Shown piece after piece: positions 1-10,100 of a DNA stretch of 59,240 bases. Origin of the DNA: Candidatus Sumerlaeota bacterium (GTDB taxonomy: Bacteria; Sumerlaeota; Sumerlaeia; SLMS01); the NCBI GenBank assembly GCA_007132505.1, contig SLOM01000098.1:1-59240 (forward strand), in the 5' to 3' direction. Below the pieces are notes generated by a model, which worked only from the letters and a program-made list of their open reading frames with translations, made no database searches and had not been told where the DNA came from. Positions within the stretch are counted from its first letter, which is position 1. The number at the start of each line of letters is the position of its first letter. Made by a program: the position numbers and the translations under genes.

Positions 1-429
1 CGGGACGTGGACTACGTGACCGGCGCCCTGATCGCCTTCCGCCGCGCCGATCTGGAGGAGCTTGGCGGCTTGGATGAGGACTACTGGCCCGCCTACTACG
101 AGGAGACCGACCTCTGCCACCGGGTGCGGAAGCAGGGCCGGAAGGTACGCTACGCGGCGGGCGCCGTGGCGTATCACCACGAATCGGCCGCCCTTGAGAA
201 ATGCTCTCCACGCCTTGTCCGCACGAGCTACCGGAGTAGAATCCGCTTTATCATCAAGAACTACGGGTTGGTGGAGTTTTGCCGCGACTTCCTGCCCTTC
301 GAGGTACGATGGTTCGTTGGCCCGTTCGCGCGCGGCTTCCGCCGGCGGGCCGTCAGGTCCTACGCTTCTGGCGTTGTGTTTGCTCTGCGATGCCTGGCCC
401 GATTATCAAGGCGCCCCCGTCAGCCGTAG
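1..429 (+). CDS. Glycosyltransferase family 2 (GT-A), C-terminal part; 5' end outside the window
   Basis: The frame is open from base 1 to TAG 427-429. DYVTGALIAFRRADLEELGGLDEDYWPAYYEETDLCHRVRKQGRKVRY resembles the C-terminal half of GT2 enzymes. Confidence 0.7.
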   Translation, partial: RDVDYVTGALIAFRRADLEELGGLDEDYWPAYYEETDLCHRVRKQGRKVRYAAGAVAYHHESAALEKCSPRLVRTSYRSRIRFIIKNYGLVEFCRDFLPFEVRWFVGPFARGFRRRAVRSYASGVVFALRCLARLSRRPRQP

Positions 430-456
430 GGCGCACATCCAACCGCCACAGGTCCC

Positions 457-2241
457 TTGCGTACTCTTAGCTCCCTCCTTCCATACGTCCGCCGCCACGC
501 TTGGGCCATTGTGTTCGGCATCATCTTCGTCTTTCTGGCGAACGCGATTGCCCTGACGGTGCCCGTGATCATCGGCCAGACGGTAAACCTGATCGAAGAG
601 CGGCGCATCGGCCCGGACAACCTCTTCGACCTCGCCTTCCTGGCGCTCTGCCTTGCCGGCGTCGCGGCCTGCTTCCGGTTCCTTATGCGCCGCGTTATCA
701 TAGACGTCTCGCGGGAGGTGGAGTACGAGTTCCGCAACGATTTCTTCCGCAAGCTCCAGACCCTCGACCCCTCTTTCTTTGATGCACGCAACACCGGCGA
801 CCTGATGAGCCGCGCCACCAACGACACGGACGCCCTGCGCATGCTCATGGGCCCCGGGGTCATGTACACGGCCAACACGCTCTTCAGCCTGCCGCTGGCC
901 TTGACTGCCATGATGTGGCTGGACTGGCGCCTGACGCTTGTCTGCATGGCCCCGATGCTGGTGCTCACACCGCTCGTGAAGTACTTCGGCAGCCGCACCC
1001 ACCGCATGTCGCGCCTGCAGCAGGACTCCTTCGGCGAGCTGACCACCACCGTGCAGGAGAACCTCGCCGGAATCCGCGTCGTGAAGGCCTACCGCCAGGA
1101 GGACTTCGAGCTCCGCAAGTTCCTCGAGCGCAACGACGACTACATCGCCAAGTCCCTCGAACTGGCCCGCCTCCAGGCCATGTTCTTCCCCTCGATCCGC
1201 CTCGTTGTCGGTTTCGGGTTTACGGTCCTGCTGCTCTACGGCGGTCACCGTATCATCCAGGGGCACCTGGAGGTGGGGACCCTCCTCTCCTTCCTGCTGC
1301 TGTTTGGAATGCTGGTGTGGCCGCTGATCGCGGCCGGGTGGGTCATCAACCTTATCCAGCGCGGCATCGCATCGCTCGAGCGTATCAACGCCATCCTGGA
1401 GTCACAGCCCCAGGTTGCCGAGCCGGAGGACGGCGCGGCGGTCGTCGAGGCAGGCACACCAACAATTGAGTTCCGCTCCCTCACCTTCCAGTACGAGGGC
1501 ACAAGCCAACCGCAGCTCAAGAACATAGACCTGCTGGCACCTCCGGGGAAAACCATCGGCGTCGTGGGCCCTGTTGGCGCGGGAAAATCAACACTGGTGA
1601 ACCTGCTTTCCCGATTCTATCCCGTGCCGAGGGGGATGCTCTTCTTCGGTGGCAGGGACATCAACGACTGGCCGCTCGGGGAACTCCGCAAGCGCATCTC
1701 CTTCGTCTTCCAGGAGACGTTCCTGTTCTCCGACACCATCGGCTGGAACATCCGGTTCGGCTCCGAAGACAGGGCACCGCAGGAACTCGTGGAGGAGGCG
1801 GCGGAAATCGCCAAGGTCCACGGCGATATCGGAGACCTCCCGCGGAACTACTCTACCGTGCTGGGCGAACGTGGGGTGAACCTTTCCGGCGGCCAGCGCC
1901 AGCGTGTCGCCATCGCCCGGGCCCTGATGCGCCAAGCCGACATCCTCGTGCTCGACGATACGCTCTCCGCAGTGGACACACACACCGAGGAGGCCATCCT
2001 CGGCGAGTTGCGCCGCATCATGGAGCGGAAGACAACCTTCCTCATCTCCCACCGGCTCTCGACAGTCGCAACCGCCGACGAGATTCTCGTGCTCCACGAA
2101 GGCTCCGTCGTCCAGCGGGGCACACACGCGGATCTCGTGGCCCGGCCCGGCTGGTATGCCGAGATGTACAGCCGGCAGCTTTCCGAGCGCGCCATTGAGG
2201 ATTACGACGAGGAAGGCTTTGCGGAGGACCCGGCACCATGA
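457..2241 (+). CDS. ABC exporter half-transporter (TMD+NBD), partner 1; degenerate Walker B
   Basis: 594-aa ORF with a TTG start. Walker A GPVGAGKST, signature LSGGQRQR, Walker B ILVLDDT (Asp where the catalytic Glu is expected), H-loop ISHRL. The stop overlaps the next start (ATGA 2238-2241). Confidence 0.85.
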   Translation: MRTLSSLLPYVRRHAWAIVFGIIFVFLANAIALTVPVIIGQTVNLIEERRIGPDNLFDLAFLALCLAGVAACFRFLMRRVIIDVSREVEYEFRNDFFRKLQTLDPSFFDARNTGDLMSRATNDTDALRMLMGPGVMYTANTLFSLPLALTAMMWLDWRLTLVCMAPMLVLTPLVKYFGSRTHRMSRLQQDSFGELTTTVQENLAGIRVVKAYRQEDFELRKFLERNDDYIAKSLELARLQAMFFPSIRLVVGFGFTVLLLYGGHRIIQGHLEVGTLLSFLLLFGMLVWPLIAAGWVINLIQRGIASLERINAILESQPQVAEPEDGAAVVEAGTPTIEFRSLTFQYEGTSQPQLKNIDLLAPPGKTIGVVGPVGAGKSTLVNLLSRFYPVPRGMLFFGGRDINDWPLGELRKRISFVFQETFLFSDTIGWNIRFGSEDRAPQELVEEAAEIAKVHGDIGDLPRNYSTVLGERGVNLSGGQRQRVAIARALMRQADILVLDDTLSAVDTHTEEAILGELRRIMERKTTFLISHRLSTVATADEILVLHEGSVVQRGTHADLVARPGWYAEMYSRQLSERAIEDYDEEGFAEDPAP

Positions 2242-4073
2242 ATCCCGCCGAAGTTCTCGAGAAAGCCCGCCAGGAACGCTACCGCGCCGAGGAGCAGGAG
2301 GCCCTCCAGCGCCGGGGCGATCTGCGCCAGATGAAGCGCCTCCTGCGGTATCTCCGGCCGCGCCGCAAACAGGTCGCCATCGCGGTGCTGTTCTCCGTCC
2401 TCATCGCAATACTCACCCCCCTGCCGATGGTCATCATCAAGGAGGCCATTGACGTCTATATCATGCCGGGGAACTACGGCGGCCTGGCAATGATGGCGGG
2501 ACTGCTGCTGCTCTCCGCCATCGTCATCTTCTTCCTCGAAAAAACCTCCCACTACATGATCGCCAAGATCGGCCAGCAGACCATGCGGGACCTGCGGCAG
2601 GAGGTCTTCAGCCACATTCAGTCGCAGCCGCTCCGTTTCTTCGACAGGAACCCGGTCGGCCGCCTCATCACCCGCGTGACGAGCGACGTCAACGTCCTGA
2701 ACGAACTATTCGCCCAGGGCGTTGTCGGCATCTTCCAACAGAGCTTCTCGCTCGTGGTCATTCTAGGTGTCCTCTTCTTCTTCAACTGGCAGCTCACGCT
2801 TCTGATCCTGCCGATTATTCCGCTCATCGCCCTGGCATCCTGGAACTTCAGGAACAACGTGTTCGTGAGCTACCGCCTGACGCGGGTGCGCCTCTCCCGC
2901 CTGAACACCTTCATGCAGGAGAACATCACCGGCATGAGGACCGTGCAGGCCAACACGCGCGAGGACCCGCAGTTCCGCCTCTTCGACGAGCTCAACCGCG
3001 CCCACCGCGACGCGCACATCAAGACCGTCTTCCAGTACGCCCTCTTCTTCCCCATCGTGGAAGTGGTCACGACGCTCGGTCTTGCGATCGTGGTCTGGCA
3101 GGGCGGCAGGATGTTCCTTGCCGAGGAGGCCGCCCTGGCGGGTGCCGTCACCGTCGGGCAGCTCGCGCTCTTTGTGCAGGCGCTTGAGCGGTTTTTCCAG
3201 CCGGTGAAGGACCTCTCGGAAAAGTACAACATCGTCCAGTCCGCCATCGCGGCGAGCGAGCGCCTCTTCGTCCTGCTCGACACGAAACCCACGATCGTGG
3301 ACCCGGAGCAACCCGTTCAACCGGGCGTGGGCGCCGGACGGATTGAGTTCCGCGACGTCTGGTTCGCCTACAATCCGGGCGAATGGGTCCTCAAGGGCGT
3401 CAGCTTCACCGCCGAGCAAGGCCAGACCATCGCCATCGTCGGGCCCACCGGAAGCGGCAAGACGACGCTCATGGCCCTGCTCTGCCGGTTCTACGACATC
3501 CAGAAGGGCGAAATCCTCGTGGACGGGGTGGACGTACGCGACATGCGCCAGGCCGACCTCCGGGAGAAAATCGCCATCGTCATGCAGGACGTCTTCCTGT
3601 TCCATGGCACGGTGGCCGGGAATGTCCGCCTTGGGCGCGACTCCATCACGGACGAACGCATCGCCGAGGTGTGCGAACGCACCGGCTTCGACAACGTGGT
3701 GCGCCGGCTCCCGAGCGGCTACGAAAGCGGCGTCAAGGAACGCGGCGCCACCCTCAGCACGGGAGAAAAGCAGCTCCTCAGCTTCGCCCGGGCGCTTGCC
3801 TTCGACCCGCAGATCCTTGTCCTGGACGAAGCAACAGCCAATATAGACACGCAGTCCGAGGAGCAGCTCCAGCGCGCTGTCGCGACGCTCTGCGCCGGCC
3901 GGACATCGCTCGTCATCGCCCACCGGCTCTCCACCATCCAGCGCGCCCACAAGATCCTCGTCATCCACCATGGCCACCTTGTGGAGGAGGGCACGCACCA
4001 GGAACTCCTCCGCCGCGGAGGCCTGTACAGACGCCTCTACGACCTCCAGTACCGCGAGCAGGCTGCCGGGTGA
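2238..4073 (+). CDS. ABC exporter half-transporter (TMD+NBD), partner 2; canonical Walker B, deviant signature
   Basis: 611-aa ORF. Walker A GPTGSGKTT, signature LSTGEKQ, Walker B ILVLDEATANID, H-loop IAHRL. Confidence 0.85.
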   Translation: MNPAEVLEKARQERYRAEEQEALQRRGDLRQMKRLLRYLRPRRKQVAIAVLFSVLIAILTPLPMVIIKEAIDVYIMPGNYGGLAMMAGLLLLSAIVIFFLEKTSHYMIAKIGQQTMRDLRQEVFSHIQSQPLRFFDRNPVGRLITRVTSDVNVLNELFAQGVVGIFQQSFSLVVILGVLFFFNWQLTLLILPIIPLIALASWNFRNNVFVSYRLTRVRLSRLNTFMQENITGMRTVQANTREDPQFRLFDELNRAHRDAHIKTVFQYALFFPIVEVVTTLGLAIVVWQGGRMFLAEEAALAGAVTVGQLALFVQALERFFQPVKDLSEKYNIVQSAIAASERLFVLLDTKPTIVDPEQPVQPGVGAGRIEFRDVWFAYNPGEWVLKGVSFTAEQGQTIAIVGPTGSGKTTLMALLCRFYDIQKGEILVDGVDVRDMRQADLREKIAIVMQDVFLFHGTVAGNVRLGRDSITDERIAEVCERTGFDNVVRRLPSGYESGVKERGATLSTGEKQLLSFARALAFDPQILVLDEATANIDTQSEEQLQRAVATLCAGRTSLVIAHRLSTIQRAHKILVIHHGHLVEEGTHQELLRRGGLYRRLYDLQYREQAAG

Positions 4074-4261
4074 GCGGCAGGGCATACACGAGCGAACGAA
4101 CAGCCCCCGGCCATGGGACCACAGTGGATGCCACCCCGCCAGGAGTGCATGATGAGAGGTTCCGGTTGTCACCCTCGGAGGGGGGCGGGAACAGTTCCCC
4201 GCGGGCTGGGCATCTGCCCCACCGGTGCCCCATTTCGGCCGAGAAACGGACAAGGATCACG

Positions 4262-5083
4262 ATGATCGAAGAAGGAATTGACCCAAACGCAATCCTCCGC
4301 GCGGAGGAACTCGTCAAGGACTACGGCAAGGCGCGCGTGGTGAACCACGTCAGCATCGAGCTGCACACCCGCGAGGTCGTCGGCCTTCTCGGTCCAAACG
4401 GCGCCGGCAAGACAACCACCTTCAAGATGCTCGTCGGCTTCACCGCGCCCACCAAAGGCAGGGTCTTCTTCAACGACAACGAAATCACCCGCATGCCCAT
4501 CCACAAGCGCGCCCGCCTCGGGATCAGCTATCTCCCGCAGGAAATGAGCGTCTTCCGCAAGATGACCGTCCGCGAAAACCTCATGGCGGTGCTGCAGGCC
4601 CGTGGCCACAGCAAGGCAGAAATCCGGCCCCGCACCAATCAGCTCCTCGAGGAACTTGGCATCGGGCACATCCAGCACCGGCTCGCCGAGAAGCTCTCCG
4701 GTGGCGAGAAGCGCCGCGTGGAGATCGCCCGGGCGCTCATGACCCGGCCCACCTTCATCTTCCTCGACGAGCCCTTCACCGGCATTGACCCCCCCACCGT
4801 CGAGGACATCCAGAACATCATCCGGGCCCTCCGAGAGCGTGGCCTTGGCATCCTCATCACCGACCACAACGTCCGCGAAACGCTCGGCATCACGGACCGC
4901 AGCTACATGATGTACAATGGCGACGTGCTGGTCTCCGGCGCCGTGGACGACATCCTGAAGAACGAGCAAATCAAGGAAAAGTACCTCACACAGAGCATCA
5001 TCGCCGATCTGGCCAAGCGTGGCACTGAGGTGCTGACCGCGGCCGGACAGCGCGAAATCGAAACCCCCGGCCAGCAGGACTGA
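4262..5083 (+). CDS. lptB: LPS export ABC transporter ATP-binding protein LptB
   Basis: In-frame ATG at 4262 preceded by AAGGA. The product follows E. coli LptB as I remember it (GLLGPNGAGKTTTF, YLPQE.S.FR, ENLMAVLQ, LSGGEKRRVEIARAL, FLDEPF.G.DP, ITDHNVRETL). The 3383-4261 part of the tracked ORF overlaps the previous gene and is Arg/Pro-rich noise. Confidence 0.9.
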   Translation: MIEEGIDPNAILRAEELVKDYGKARVVNHVSIELHTREVVGLLGPNGAGKTTTFKMLVGFTAPTKGRVFFNDNEITRMPIHKRARLGISYLPQEMSVFRKMTVRENLMAVLQARGHSKAEIRPRTNQLLEELGIGHIQHRLAEKLSGGEKRRVEIARALMTRPTFIFLDEPFTGIDPPTVEDIQNIIRALRERGLGILITDHNVRETLGITDRSYMMYNGDVLVSGAVDDILKNEQIKEKYLTQSIIADLAKRGTEVLTAAGQREIETPGQQD

Positions 5084-5116
5084 CCGGGGGCTCCGGGGAA
5101 GGCTTGAGGCACGGCT

Positions 5117-6772
5117 CTACCTGAGCGGGCTGTGCCTGATGGTCCGGCGGCCCGGTATGGGCGCTGGTCGGTCGGTCAGGGCATTGACGAGCTGTTGCGC
5201 GTCACGCAGGCGCGCGTTCAGGTCCATGCCAGTCATCGGGCCCAGCGACGGGTCGAGCCGTAGCGCGGTCTGATAGTGATCCACCGAACGCCGCGCCAGC
5301 GTAATGGCCTGCTGGCGGTCGCTGATCGCGAAGGCGGTCGTGCGGCGCTGCTGATCGTACATGCGGTCCACGTGCCGGACCGCCTCGGTGTAGTACTGGA
5401 TGCCGCGCTCGGCGATCTCGCGGGCCCGCTCACGGGTTTCCTGGGCCTGCCGGCGTGCCTCGATGTCGGCGCGCTGGAAGAGCTCCTCCGCTTCCTCCAC
5501 CAGTTCATCGAAGCGCGTGTGCTCCTCGCTGAAGCGCTGGGCGATGTCGCGGGCAATGAGGAACTCGCCGCGGCGGAAGGCGCGTTCGGCACGGGCCAAC
5601 TCCTCTTCGGCCTCCTCACGTAGCAGCGACTCCGCGATTTCGTTCTCCGGGTCATAGCGCAGAATGAGCTCGATTTCCCTGTTGGCAAAGCGCGTCAGGC
5701 CCTGCTCACGAAGCTCCTTGGCCAGAAGGGCGCGGCCGTCCCAGTCTTCCTCCCCGAGCTGCTCCTTGTCGCGCTCATACTGAAGCACGACCAAGGGCGT
5801 CGTGTCCTCGCGCGGGAAGAGCTGAAGCAGCTCCTGATAGCGCTCGATCGCCTCCTCCCACTTCTTCTGCTCGCCGAGCCTTCCAATCAGCTCCCGGTAG
5901 GAGGTGCGGAGCATCCGGTCGTAGCCTTGGTTGGCAAGGCGCGGCACGCCATGGACACGACGCAGTGGCTCGATGGCCTCCTCGTACCGCTCGGCCTCGT
6001 AGAGCAGCTCACCGGCCACGCGATTGTACTCGAGGTTCGCCGGGTCCTCCTCCAGCTTCTCCAAATAGGCTTCCAAGACCTCGGGCTTCTTCTCCGGGTC
6101 ATTGCGCCAGATCCGCAGCAGCCTTGCGCGGGCTTCACGATTGTCCGGATCCATTTCCAGGACACGTAGGTACTTCTCCTCGGCGGTGCGGTAGTCGAGC
6201 CGGTCGTAGCGGGCGAAACCCCAAGCCAGATAAAGCTCCCTCATGAGGCGCTGGGCCTGATGCTGCTGTTCGTCGGTCGCCGGAGCAGCCAGGATTCGGT
6301 CCAGGATGCCTTCCGCCTCGCCGAATTTTTCCTCGGCGATAAGGTCCGGCACACGCTCCAACTCCTGCGTCAGCTGCTGCTGCATCTGCCGGGTGCGCTC
6401 CTCCTGCTGCTCCTCGATGACCCGCCTGGCTTCCTCGAGCCCCGCAAGCGCGTCCTCGTGCTCGGGGTCCGCTTCGACGGCCTGTTGGAACATCCGCAGT
6501 GCGGAGGTGTAGTTCCGCGCGCGCATGTGCTGCCGGCCGATGCGGGTCCAGTCGGTCGCGTCGTCCTCTTCAATGATCTCGGCTATGCGGGCCCGGGGCA
6601 GCTCGATCCGGCCGCTGCTGCTGATGAACGCGATGCGGTCCTCGGAGCCAACGACCGGCTCCACGCGCCCTTCCAGCCGCGTCCCGTCCTGCAGGACCAC
6701 GATGTCGGGCACGGCGAGGGCTGGGACCAGCAGCACCAGCGCGGCAAGGGGTAGCTTGATCGAAAGTCTCAT
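5117..6772 (-). CDS. Secreted TPR-repeat protein
   Basis: Signal-like N-terminus MRLSIKLPLAALVLLVPALA. Repeated helical-pair motifs are centred on D-P-x-N/H (EADPEHEDA, EMDPDNREA, EEDPANLEY, RYDPENEIA, RLDPSLGP). Confidence 0.6.
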   Translation of the reverse strand: MRLSIKLPLAALVLLVPALAVPDIVVLQDGTRLEGRVEPVVGSEDRIAFISSSGRIELPRARIAEIIEEDDATDWTRIGRQHMRARNYTSALRMFQQAVEADPEHEDALAGLEEARRVIEEQQEERTRQMQQQLTQELERVPDLIAEEKFGEAEGILDRILAAPATDEQQHQAQRLMRELYLAWGFARYDRLDYRTAEEKYLRVLEMDPDNREARARLLRIWRNDPEKKPEVLEAYLEKLEEDPANLEYNRVAGELLYEAERYEEAIEPLRRVHGVPRLANQGYDRMLRTSYRELIGRLGEQKKWEEAIERYQELLQLFPREDTTPLVVLQYERDKEQLGEEDWDGRALLAKELREQGLTRFANREIELILRYDPENEIAESLLREEAEEELARAERAFRRGEFLIARDIAQRFSEEHTRFDELVEEAEELFQRADIEARRQAQETRERAREIAERGIQYYTEAVRHVDRMYDQQRRTTAFAISDRQQAITLARRSVDHYQTALRLDPSLGPMTGMDLNARLRDAQQLVNALTDRPAPIPGRRTIRHSPLR

Positions 6773-7109
6773 GTTTCTGGCTCCTCGTCACTTTCAATGG
6801 CGGAAGGCGATTCTGATGTCCTCATGCTCGGGTCTTCGCGGCTGATGGTCAAGTGAAGCATCCGGGTCTCAGCTCAGAATCGGCGGCTCCTACCCCCATC
6901 ACCTCAGCAAAAAAGACTCCAAGACCGGTGCAATGGCTTGGCGGCTATCCACGCAGAGGCGGGGGCGAGCCCGCCAAACAGCATGGCCCACCGCGCCATC
7001 ACCCCGCATCTCGCATTGCGCGGGCGAAGCGCCTGGTTTCTTGTTCCCCGGGCAGGGAGTTCCCCAGCGGAGAAAGGCTGACCTGACATTGCGAGGAGCG
7101 CGGGAGAGA

Positions 7110-10100
7110 ATGAGAGGAGGGGTGACTTGCGCCGGCAAGGCGATGCTGGCGCTCCTCTGGGCTGCGCCGCTTCACGGCGGACCGCTTGTCATCAACGAGT
7201 TTGTGGCGTCCAACCACGGCGGCCTGATGGACGCGCACGGGGACACGCCGGACTGGATTGAACTCCACAACCCCGGGGAGGAGACCATCGAGCTGGCCGG
7301 CTGGGGCCTCTCGGACGATGAGGGCAACCCCCGCCGATGGGTCTTCGAGCAGGGCACGGTCGAGCCGGGCGGGTTCTTCGTTGTCTTCGCCTCGGGCAAG
7401 GACCGTCAGGCGGCCTTCCACCCGCACACAAACTTCGCCATCAGCTCGGCCGGAGAGCCGCTCCTGCTCACGGACCCAGGCGGGGACGTCGTGGACTTCG
7501 TGCCGGAGACACCCCTCCCCGTGAACATCTCCTTCGGCCGCAAGCCAGACGGAAGCGAATCCTGGCGCTACTTCGCCGAGCCGACCCCCGGAACGGAGAA
7601 CACATCAACCGGTTACCTTGAGGTCCTCCACCCGCCCACTTTCTCCCACGAGGCCGGCTTCCACACCGAGCCCTTTGCCCTCACCCTCGAAACAGATCAC
7701 GAAGCCGCCAGCATCATCTACACCCTCGACGGGTCCGAGCCCAATCCGGACGCGATCGGAGGCTCTGTCTATACATATAAGGAGAACTATCCGGAGGAAC
7801 CGGGCGCCCCGTTCGGCGAGAGGCTCAAGCGGAGCTATGAATCCCATGCCTACGACGGAACCCCCGTCCCGGTGACCGACCGGTCCGGAGAACCGGACCG
7901 GTTGACAGACGTCAACACCACCTGGCGTCAGGACACCAGCCGCTTTGCACCGGAAGGACCCGTCTTCAAAGGGACCGTCGTGCGTGCAAGAGCCATACGG
8001 GAGGGCGCCATCCCGAGCAGGGTGGTCACCCGGAGCTACTTCGTCACTCCCGAGGGACGTGACCGCTACTCCCTTCCCGTCTTTTCGCTCAGCGTGCAGG
8101 AGGACGGCCTTTTCGATTACGACGTGGGAATTCACGTGGCGGGACGCGTCTTCGACATTTGGCGGCAGCGCAATCCCGAATCCACCCCGCAGGCCGGCAC
8201 CAACGCCAACTATCGCAACCGCGGGTTCGGATGGGAGCGCCCCGGGCATGTGGAATTCTTTCTCGATCAGCCCCACCCCACATTCAAACAGGGCATTGGT
8301 GTGCGTGTGCACGGCGGATGGACGCGCCACTACCCCTTGAAGAGCCTCCGCCTCTATGCACGGAACAGCTACGACGACACGAACGCTTTCGAGCACCCTT
8401 TCTTCGCGGATCTGCTGGACAGTGCGGATGGCCGGCCGGTCACGGAATTCCGCCGCCTGATCCTCCGAAACGCCGGCAACGACTATCCCGGCGCGATGCT
8501 CCGTGATGCCTTTCTCCAGGCACTTGTGCGGCCACTTGGTCTCGACGACCAGCGCTACCTCCCCTCCGCGGTCTTCCTGAACGGAGAGTTCTGGGGCCTC
8601 ATGAACCTGCGCGAGAGAATTGACCACCACTACCTTGCGCGGCGCCACAAGCTGGATGCCGAGGACGTGGCCCTGCTCAACAACTACGGCGACGTCCGCG
8701 CAGGCGAAGTCCGGCATCGCACCGAATTCATCGAGCTGCGCGACTATATCCGCGAACACGATATGACCGAAACGGAACACTACGAGTACGTCGCGGACAG
8801 AATGGATATCGAGAACTTCATCCGCTACAACGCCTTCCAGATATACATACGAAACGTGGACTGGCCCGGCAACAACAGGGACTACTGGCGGAAGATCGAA
8901 CCCGACAGAAGCGACGGCGCGCCGGCAACACACGACGGGCGGTGGCGATGGATAGTCGTTGACCTGGACGCTGGTTTCGGCCCTTGGGGCAGTGGCGCTC
9001 GCGACGTCACCCACGATACGCTCAGCTTCGCCACGGAAGCTGGAAACACCAGCCATCCAAACCCGGACTGGGCAACGCTGAAGCTCCGGCGGCTGCTCGA
9101 GAACGAAAGCTTCCGCCACCGGTTCATCAACGCCACGGCGGACCAGATGAACACGATCTTCCGGCCGGAAAACTTCAACCCCCTCCTCGACAAGAAGAAA
9201 GCCCGCATCGAACCCATCCTCGACGAGCATCGCGCCCGATGGAGGGACAGCGCCCGGCGGTCTGTTCAGGAACTGCGGGACTTCGGAGCGGAACGTCCCC
9301 AGTGGATTCAGAGCCACACGGTGGACTACTTCGGCCTGCCAGGAACCTCGGAGGTCACCCTCGACACCCCGGCTCCCCGCCGCGGCGTCATCCGAATCAA
9401 CCAGGTACACATCGCCCCGGGCCTCGAGGGCCTCGCGGATCCGGGCGTGCCCTTCCCTTGGACAGGAACCTACTTTCAGCAGGTCCCTGTCGAAATCGAG
9501 GCCATCCCCAAAGCCGGCTTCATCTTCTCGCACTGGGAAGGCGGACTGGAGGGAAGCCCGGCCGCCGTCACCTTGGCACCACCGGAGGAACTCTCCGCCA
9601 CGGCTGTCTTCGTCCAGGACCCCGAATACAAGTGGGATGAGGTGCTGCCACAGCCGCACCGGCTGGCGGGTGGCCCCTACATCCTTGAGGCTTGGCCGAG
9701 GGACGCCGACGCGGGCAGCTACCCCCCCAATATGGTCTTCCCTCAGACGCCCATCGGTGACCCCTTGCTCGAGGACCCCGCCCCGGAGCGTTGGGCACAT
9801 CCCTACGACCTCACGAGCCGCAGCCGTGTCACTGGCCGCGGCCCCCAGGGGATCGCCTTCATCAACACCAGCAATCCACAAGAGGACGGCGGGGGTTACG
9901 TCACCGGGGCGGAACTGGCTCTCGACACTCGGGGTGTTTCCGCCGCCACGGTTTCCTTCACCGCCGGCACGGTTCTACCCAACGACCGCACCTACGCCCT
10001 GCGCCTGCAGTACCGCATCGGGCCTGAGGGGACGTTCCGCGACCTTCACAATTCCAATGGGGGAGTTGTGGAATACGTCCGCCACGAAATGACCGGCCAC

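Noticed and set aside
3383-4261. Long N-terminal extension of the lptB ORF (also 28947-29507 ahead of holA, 33329-33937 ahead of the pseudopilin, and 6933-7109 ahead of CotH-1)
   Set aside because: The extensions overlap neighbouring real genes or promoter regions. They are Arg/Pro/Gly-rich, and internal ATGs with Shine-Dalgarno-like sequences give products of normal length.
5064-5090. 7-bp stem CCCCCGG/CCGGGGG spanning the lptB stop, considered as a bidirectional terminator for the convergent lptB and TPR genes
   Set aside because: Homopolymeric G/C arms with a 13-nt loop and no U-tract. The evidence is too weak to annotate.
7605-9881. 758-aa ORF antisense to LTD-CotH paralogue 1 (likewise 11504-13144, antisense to paralogue 2)
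   Set aside because: It lies fully inside a strongly supported sense gene. It matches no family motifs and has a skewed Gly/Val/Arg/Asp composition. Long antisense ORFs are expected in GC-rich DNA because stop codons are rare.
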